The position numbers were made by a program, and so were the translations under genes. The notes under the pieces were generated by a model that worked only from the letters and a program-made list of their open reading frames with translations, was not told the DNA's origin and ran no database searches. From Hyalangium minutum (lineage in GTDB: Bacteria; Myxococcota; Myxococcia; Myxococcales; Myxococcaceae), in contig NZ_JMCB01000004.1 in NCBI RefSeq assembly GCF_000737315.1, positions 206,001-268,000 of the forward strand: a DNA stretch of 62,000 nucleotides, read 5' to 3'. Of the stretch, positions 56,255 through 62,000 are shown in pieces; position 1 is the first letter of the stretch; every line of letters begins with the position of its first letter.

Positions 56255-57712
56255 GTGATGCTCCGCAATCCCAGGACACGAGCGCCCCAGGCGTGCCCGC
56301 TCATGGCACTGGCCGGCTTGGCGCTCTTCACTTCCGCCACGCCTGGCTGGGCCCAGGAAGGCGCGCCGGAGGCCCCTGCATCGGAAGCGCCTCCCATGGC
56401 CGGGCCCCCCGAGGGTGAGGGAGCGCTTCCCAGTGGTGATTCCATCCCCGAATTCCCTCCGGGGCTTGACGTGGGCCAGGTGGAAGTGGGGGATGAGGCC
56501 GCTGGGGAGACTGAAGCCACCCGCTGGGGTCTGGAGGCCCAGCTCTGGTACCAGCGGCTCTACGAACGATCCGCGTCAGAGGAGGGGGGGACCATCGCCG
56601 CCAACGTTGGACGCCTGGTGCTCGACTTCCGCCGGGAGTGGCAACCGGGCAGGCGGTGGACCGTGGGATTCTCGAACCAGTGGCAGGGAGCTCTGGACCT
56701 GGGGCGCGCAGAGGATGCGCCCTCGCACTCCAGCGCCCTCAACAACGTGCGCGAGCTCTGGGGCCGCTGGCAGACGGGGGATGATGCGCACCCCCTCTAC
56801 GTCGACATTGGCCGCATCAATATTCGTAATGGCGTGGGCAGTGGTTACAGCCCCACTGACTTTTTCAAGGTGGGGGCTGTTCGCCAGCCGCTCTCACTGG
56901 ATCCCAACGCCTTCCGGTTGAATCGGCTGGGAACTGTGGTGGCGATGGTCCAGTACATCACCGAGCACGGTGCATGGACTGCCGCGCTGGTGCCTCCGCT
57001 GAGCACGCAGGACCCGATGCTGGCCGGGGAATGGTACTCGCTGGCGCTGAATCGCACGAATTCCGAGGCCGCGCTCTATGCGAAGTGGGCGCCTCAGATC
57101 CGGGAGTGGCTCTCCGTAGACGTGCTCCTGCTCGCCCGCAGGAGCGAGCGGCCCAAACTCGGCCTCAACATGTCCCTGCTGCTGGGGAGTGCCGTCGTGG
57201 TCAATGCGGACTGGGCCCTTGGGGGATGCCGGCAACTGGGAGGTCCTGACGAGCCGGTGACGCCTTACACCTGGTGCAACCGGGTGGCGGCCAACCTGAC
57301 GTGGACGACGCCGCTGGGACTCGAGATCACACTGGAGCAGCAGTTTGCCAGCGATGCGCTCGGTGCGACGGCGTGGCGTCAGTGGCAGGGCGTCAGTGAC
57401 GCCAGACTGCGGCGTCTCGGGGAGATGAGCATCCAGCGCTCCTTTGAGCTCGAGCCGCTGTTGAAGCATGGGTCGTTCGCGCGTGTCGGGTGGCGCGATG
57501 CCTTCGCCGTCCGAGGATTGGAGATCTCCAGCTTCGTCCAGGTCAACAACATCGATTGGAGTGGTCTCACACAGCAGATGGTGATGTGGCACACGCAGAG
57601 CGATTGGTCAGTGGGGGGGCAGTTCCAACAATTCTTTGGGGCGGCGAACAGCGAGTACGGCTCGCTGTCCACCCCGAGCCGGTTCAGCCTGTTCGTCAGT
57701 AGGCGTCACTGA
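56255..57712 (+). CDS. Putative outer-membrane beta-barrel protein (start may be ATG 56303)
   Basis: Signal peptide ending GWA|QE, acidic Pro-rich linker, then amphipathic Trp/Tyr-rich strands; VDIGRINIRNGVGSGYSPTDFF. Confidence 0.65.
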   Translation: MMLRNPRTRAPQACPLMALAGLALFTSATPGWAQEGAPEAPASEAPPMAGPPEGEGALPSGDSIPEFPPGLDVGQVEVGDEAAGETEATRWGLEAQLWYQRLYERSASEEGGTIAANVGRLVLDFRREWQPGRRWTVGFSNQWQGALDLGRAEDAPSHSSALNNVRELWGRWQTGDDAHPLYVDIGRINIRNGVGSGYSPTDFFKVGAVRQPLSLDPNAFRLNRLGTVVAMVQYITEHGAWTAALVPPLSTQDPMLAGEWYSLALNRTNSEAALYAKWAPQIREWLSVDVLLLARRSERPKLGLNMSLLLGSAVVVNADWALGGCRQLGGPDEPVTPYTWCNRVAANLTWTTPLGLEITLEQQFASDALGATAWRQWQGVSDARLRRLGEMSIQRSFELEPLLKHGSFARVGWRDAFAVRGLEISSFVQVNNIDWSGLTQQMVMWHTQSDWSVGGQFQQFFGAANSEYGSLSTPSRFSLFVSRRH

Positions 57713-57745
57713 CGTTCCCTTGGCCGCGTAATCCAGGAAACCGAG

Positions 57746-58672
57746 ATGATCGGGATTGCTTCAACCGCCTACGTCTTGGCGAAGGCGCAGGACACAGTAA
57801 ACGAATGGTGCAGCTCGCGGGCGGTCGCCGAGGAGCGCCGCCAGACGCTGCTGCGCAACGGCGCCGACCGGTTCCATCGCGCGGAGCAGGAGGGGCTCAT
57901 CGATCTCGGCAGAGACGCCATCTCCCAGGTGCTGCAGGCCGGTGGCGTGTCTGCGGGCGAACTCGACGCGCTGGTCGTCTGCCACACCTCGCCCCTGAGT
58001 GCTCTGCCCATGCCGTACACGGTGGCGGGCACGCTGCGGCAGGCCTGCGGCCTGTCCCGGGCCTATGCGCTGGGCATCACCCAGCAGCAGTGCGTCTCCT
58101 CGCTCCATGCGCTGCGCGTGCTGGATGCGCTCTTCACCCGGCATGCCGAGTGGCGCTGGGCGATTGTCGTCACCATCGACACGATCGTCCGGGAGGACTA
58201 CCGCTTAGTGGGTGAGGCGGGGGTTCACTCGGACGCGGCCTCGGCGGTGCTCGTGCAGCGGAGCGCACCGGGGCGTGTCAGAGGCCTGCAGACGTACAAC
58301 GACCCGCGTGCGGCCACGGGCGTCATGCCGGACACGCTCTACCGGACAGACACCCACTATGTCTGGACGCTGGTGTCGGTGATCCGGCGCGTGCTCAAGG
58401 CTGCGGGGGTCGAGCCGGGTGATTTGGCCACCGTCCTCCCGCACAACGTCAACCTGCCGGCGTGGCGCCAGGTGCTGGCGTCGCTGGCCCTGCCCGAGGA
58501 GCGCCTGTTCCAGGCGAACTTCTCGCGGATGGGCCACGCCTTCGGCTCGGATGTCGCCATCAACATCGCGGACTCCGGTGTCCTGCGGAGCCCCGGGCAT
58601 CACCTGGTGTTCTCGAGCGGAATTGGCGGCTGCTTTGGCGGCTTCATCCTGAACACCGAGAGAGCGCCATGA
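57746..58672 (+). CDS. KAS III (FabH)-fold protein 1, Cys/His/Asp acyltransferase-like
   Basis: QQQC(116)VSS, LPH(233)NVN and MGH(264)AFGSD(269); thiolase-fold C-terminus FSSGIGGCFG. Confidence 0.8.
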   Translation: MIGIASTAYVLAKAQDTVNEWCSSRAVAEERRQTLLRNGADRFHRAEQEGLIDLGRDAISQVLQAGGVSAGELDALVVCHTSPLSALPMPYTVAGTLRQACGLSRAYALGITQQQCVSSLHALRVLDALFTRHAEWRWAIVVTIDTIVREDYRLVGEAGVHSDAASAVLVQRSAPGRVRGLQTYNDPRAATGVMPDTLYRTDTHYVWTLVSVIRRVLKAAGVEPGDLATVLPHNVNLPAWRQVLASLALPEERLFQANFSRMGHAFGSDVAINIADSGVLRSPGHHLVFSSGIGGCFGGFILNTERAP

Positions 58673-59319
58673 GCACGCCACAGGTCCCGCTCCTGCCGGG
58701 CACGAAGTTTCCCTCGGTGGAGACCCTCCCATTCAGTTTGGAGCACCTCGACACGGTCTGGGGGTGGATGACCCCCCCGAACGTGCGTTGCTGGCTGGAC
58801 TTCGGAGGCGGCAAGCAGGAACTGCCGAAGCGTCAGCTCTACATGCTGCTGACCAGCCCGCGTGTCTGCGCACGCCTGTTTCGCCTGCCAGGTGACACCC
58901 AGCCGCTGGGCCTCGTCTGCCTGAACAATATCGATGACCTGATGTCCGCGATGGATGTGTGGGTCGTCCGGGATGTCTCGGTGCGGCGCACCGTCCGGAA
59001 CGATGTGGCCGGCGCCATCGTCAGCGTCATGGCCACGGGCTTCCTGGACTACGGCCGCCAGGTCGCCAACTCCTGGGTGGTGGCGTCCCATCGTGCGTCG
59101 ATCTACCTGCACAACGTCGTCGGGATGAAGCGCTCGGGGATCCAGCGCTTGCGGCACGTGATGGAAGGCCGCCGCTATGACCGCTGGACCTACGACATGA
59201 CCCTTGCCGACTTCGGGGAGATGTACCCGGATGTCCCCTCGGAGAAGGGCAGGACGTTCCGGACTCATCTACCGAACCCCACTCCCGTCGATGGCACCTC
59301 GGAGCCCAGCCGTGTCTAA
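58669..59319 (+). CDS. GNAT family (RimJ/RimL-like) acyltransferase
   Basis: ATGA overlap; PLGLVCL strand, VVASHRASIYLHNVVGMKRSG motif-A/B pattern, RHVMEGRRYD tail. Confidence 0.65.
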   Translation: MSTPQVPLLPGTKFPSVETLPFSLEHLDTVWGWMTPPNVRCWLDFGGGKQELPKRQLYMLLTSPRVCARLFRLPGDTQPLGLVCLNNIDDLMSAMDVWVVRDVSVRRTVRNDVAGAIVSVMATGFLDYGRQVANSWVVASHRASIYLHNVVGMKRSGIQRLRHVMEGRRYDRWTYDMTLADFGEMYPDVPSEKGRTFRTHLPNPTPVDGTSEPSRV

Positions 59320-60310
59320 GTCCACCGCACGCCATGAGATCGGGATCGCGGATGCCGCGTACAATCTCCCCGGTCCCGCCGTCGATATCGTGGAGTGGGC
59401 GGCTGCCCGGAACGTCTCGTCGAAGCTGGTGGAGGAGCTGCTCGCTCACGGGTGCCGCTATTTCTACGAGGGGCCTGAGCACTCCGATGCGGAGCTGATC
59501 TCAGGGGCCATCGACCAGCTGGTGGCGCGCCAGGGAGAGCGCATCTCCCAGGTGAGTTACCTCCTGCATGCACACACCCAGCCGTTCAGCATGCCAGCGC
59601 CGCCGAGCTCGGTGCTGACGGAGCTCGTTCAGCGGTATCGCCTCTCGCCGAAGCTGTGCTTCTCGGTCGAGCACCTCGCGTGCGCGGGGGTGGTGGTCGC
59701 CGTCGATCGGGCCGCGCGCCTGCTCGCCGCGGACAGCGAGGCCCGGTATGCCCTGGTCGTGACCTCGGATCGGGTCTTCGGCAACCACAAGCACCGCATC
59801 CGTCAGAACGCGGGTATCCAGAGTGATGGCGGTACGGCCATCCTCCTCTCGAAGGAGGACGTGCGCTGCCGCCTGGGGGCGATCAGCTACAGGAACTTCG
59901 GGGATCTGCACGAGGGGCCCAGCAACCCCAGGACGACCGCGCTGATCGCTCGCTACACGTGGCTGCACACGAAGCTGGCCTTCGAGCAGAACAGCCGGGC
60001 CACGGGGATTCCCCTGCCGGAGTACGGCCAGCTCATGCCGGTGAACGCCGACCGCCACTACTGGGTGCAGATCGCCAACGCCTTGAACCTGCCCGAGAGC
60101 GCCTTCTTCCTCGACAACATCCGCGAGCGGGGCCACGCGTGCACCAATGACTTTGCCGTGAACTTGGTGGATCGGGGCTTCCCACTCCTGGACCAGGGCA
60201 AGCCAATCGCCTCGTGCGGACAGTCGAACGTGGGGGCCTATGCCATTGTGACCCTGCTGCCCCGCTCCGATAAGCCTTGGGCCGAGCCTTCCGCCCACCC
60301 CAGTGAGTGA
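59312..60310 (+). CDS. KAS III-fold protein 2
   Basis: GTG overlapping the GNAT stop; HLAC(124)AG, SDGGTAILL, LMPVNAD (Val at the His site) and RGHACTND. Confidence 0.75.
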   Translation: MSKSTARHEIGIADAAYNLPGPAVDIVEWAAARNVSSKLVEELLAHGCRYFYEGPEHSDAELISGAIDQLVARQGERISQVSYLLHAHTQPFSMPAPPSSVLTELVQRYRLSPKLCFSVEHLACAGVVVAVDRAARLLAADSEARYALVVTSDRVFGNHKHRIRQNAGIQSDGGTAILLSKEDVRCRLGAISYRNFGDLHEGPSNPRTTALIARYTWLHTKLAFEQNSRATGIPLPEYGQLMPVNADRHYWVQIANALNLPESAFFLDNIRERGHACTNDFAVNLVDRGFPLLDQGKPIASCGQSNVGAYAIVTLLPRSDKPWAEPSAHPSE

Positions 60311-61410
60311 GCCCTGTGAGACTGACCCTGCGAATCGCCTCGGTGGGCGTCCACCTCCCTCCGAACTCTTTCCACACGAACCAACTCGGGACGGTCGTTC
60401 ACACGGCGTATCGTCACCTGTTTGATCCCGCCGGCTCGCGGTCGCGTCCGCCGACCGTGAGGCGTGGCGGTACGCTGATCCTGTCGGAGAAGTACTCGGC
60501 GCCGGCCGCCGCCGCGGATACAGAGCGCAGCAGTGACCTGGCGTCAGCGGCCGTGGGCGACATGCTCCGCGGCGCACCGACCGCGGCGCCTCACGTCCTG
60601 TCCATCCTGCACGCGCAGGCCACGCTCGATCAGCAGATCCTCGGGTCTGCCTGCCTGCGCATCGAGCACGACCACTTCCACGACATCCAGTCGGCGATGA
60701 CCGGTGGGCAGCTGGGGACGGCGGGGATTCCGACGCTCTTCCGCCTCGCGGAGATGGACACAGCCGAGGGCGGGCTCGCGTGTGTCTCCGCTGCGGACAA
60801 GTGGCTTGCGCCGTTCTTCCGCCGTGTTCCGGGGCTCGTCACCTATGCCGACGCCTCTGCGGCCTGCCTCGTGGCCGCGAACGATCTGATCGCCGCTCCC
60901 ATCGCCGAGATCGAGTCCATCGTCGTCTCGTGCCAGCCGCCCGCGCATGATCTCTGGACCGCCCCCGCCGCGCAGCAGCTCGAGTACGTGAGGGAGCACG
61001 CGGAGCGCTGCATCGTCCAACTGCTCAAGGAGAACCCGGAGGTGGAGCGGGCCTCGCTCTGCTTGGCCGGTGATGAGTATGAGGTGAGCCTGCACCACCG
61101 GCTCGCCCAGGCCACGGGCCTCGGTGGTGCGGTGCTCGGTGCCCCCTTCCCAGGAGTGCACCTCTCCAGCGCCTCCTCCCTGGCCTCGCTCCGCTCCGCG
61201 GTCGAGGCGGCTGTGCGAGGGGGCAAGCCGCTGAGGGCGGTCATTTGGACGGCCTCTCCGGCAGGGCATGCCGGCGCGATGCTCGTGCGCTGCGCTCCCG
61301 ATGCCGTCGCAACGCCGAAAGGCTGGACCAGCCGGCTTCCTTTTCCGATTCCACCTACCGACAGCAGTTCTCGGCAAGCAGACTGGTCGCAGGGAGCACA
61401 TGATGAGTAA
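60307..61410 (+). CDS. KAS III-fold protein 3, lacking the catalytic Cys (probable structural partner)
   Basis: GTGA overlap; QLGTAG at the Cys elbow, YADASAACLV, GVHLSSAS and IWTASPAGHAG. Confidence 0.6.
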   Translation: MSPVRLTLRIASVGVHLPPNSFHTNQLGTVVHTAYRHLFDPAGSRSRPPTVRRGGTLILSEKYSAPAAAADTERSSDLASAAVGDMLRGAPTAAPHVLSILHAQATLDQQILGSACLRIEHDHFHDIQSAMTGGQLGTAGIPTLFRLAEMDTAEGGLACVSAADKWLAPFFRRVPGLVTYADASAACLVAANDLIAAPIAEIESIVVSCQPPAHDLWTAPAAQQLEYVREHAERCIVQLLKENPEVERASLCLAGDEYEVSLHHRLAQATGLGGAVLGAPFPGVHLSSASSLASLRSAVEAAVRGGKPLRAVIWTASPAGHAGAMLVRCAPDAVATPKGWTSRLPFPIPPTDSSSRQADWSQGAHDE

Positions 61411-62000
61411 GATGCTGATTCTTGCGCGTGGCGATGGCCGCGCATTCACCGCGCTGGATGGCAGCTCGATTCTCGAGGGGCTGCCCTTTCCGGTCGTGGT
61501 CTTCGCCGACAAGGCCAACGCGAAGTACTTCGAGAAGGTCGACACGGAGATCGTCCGGTGGAGCAATAAGGACGACGTGCATCAGCGAGCGCTCCGGCGG
61601 CATGCCGAGCACGGGGTCTTCGCCGTCGCCACGCTGGACGAACAGATGGTCGACCTGGCTGCCGTGCTCCGCAAGGAGATGGGGATTGGTGGAGCACACC
61701 CCGAGCACTCCCAGCGCTTCCGCAACAAGGTCGTCATGAAGGAGGCGCTGCGCGCGGCGGGCGTCCGCGTGCCCGAGCACACCAGCTGCGCGGATCGGGC
61801 CGCCGTCGAGGCGCTGCTCGCGAAGTATCAGCGGCTTGCGATCAAGCCTGTGGACGGGCAGGGCTCACGCGACGTCTCGTTTGTACAGACCCAGCAGGAG
61901 GTCGAGCACTGGTATTCCCAGACTCAGGCGCCGAACGGCTTCGAGGCGGAGGAGTTCATCGACGGAGTGCTCTACCATGTCAACGCGGTTGTCCGCGACG
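61400..62000 (+). CDS. ATP-grasp carboxylate-amine ligase, 3' truncated by the window end (absent from ORF track)
   Basis: Own translation MMSKMLILARGDG...TLDEQMV...RFRNKVVMKEALRAAGVRVP...AIKPVDGQGSRDV...EEFIDGVLYHVN; overlaps the previous stop. Confidence 0.88.
   Translation, partial: MMSKMLILARGDGRAFTALDGSSILEGLPFPVVVFADKANAKYFEKVDTEIVRWSNKDDVHQRALRRHAEHGVFAVATLDEQMVDLAAVLRKEMGIGGAHPEHSQRFRNKVVMKEALRAAGVRVPEHTSCADRAAVEALLAKYQRLAIKPVDGQGSRDVSFVQTQQEVEHWYSQTQAPNGFEAEEFIDGVLYHVNAVVRD

Larger units (their letters stand above)
53282..62000 (+). other. Unassigned biosynthetic and export operon (continues past window)
   Basis: Nine co-directional genes with overlaps or gaps of 33 nt or less. Confidence 0.75.

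Noticed and set aside
57746-61410. pqs/hmq-type alkylquinolone pathway (three FabH-like genes)
   Set aside because: No anthranilate-CoA ligase or PqsE-like gene is visible, none of the three has the PqsD Cys-His-Asn triad, and GNAT and ATP-grasp genes do not belong to that pathway.

Overview
GC-rich myxobacterial DNA (Cystobacterineae, Hyalangium/Stigmatella-like) in three parts. (1) 1-21.5 kb is core chromosome: a 5'-truncated YdeP/FdhF molybdoenzyme, a BON protein, a beta-CASP hydrolase, a divergent XRE/pseudokinase pair, a Nudix hydrolase, a beta-propeller lipoprotein, a protein-quality-control run (ftsH, stand-alone sigma70 region 1.1, grpE, degP), two tandem carboxypeptidase-regulatory-like repeat proteins, a PilZ protein, glutamate dehydrogenase and tRNA-Thr(CGT) with its terminator. 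(2) 22.0-51.5 kb is a complete myxochromide-type cluster: iterative PKS mchA, NRPSs mchB and mchC, and mchD. The A-domain codes read N-Me-Thr, Ala(+E), Leu, [dead Pro-like module], Ala, Gln, TE. PCP4 has Ser->Pro, so a module-skipping, D-type-like pentapeptide is predicted. The decay covers A4-PCP4-C5 rather than C4-A4-PCP4. (3) 51.6 kb to the window end holds a DUF418 gene and then a translationally coupled operon I cannot match to a known pathway: ABC ATPase, FtsX/MacB permease, LolA-like protein, outer-membrane barrel, three KAS III-fold proteins with graded active sites, a GNAT and an ATP-grasp ligase that runs off the end and is missing from the ORF track. This operon is the best candidate for an undescribed system. 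No integrase, transposase or CRISPR array was seen. All family calls come from motif reading, not database searches.
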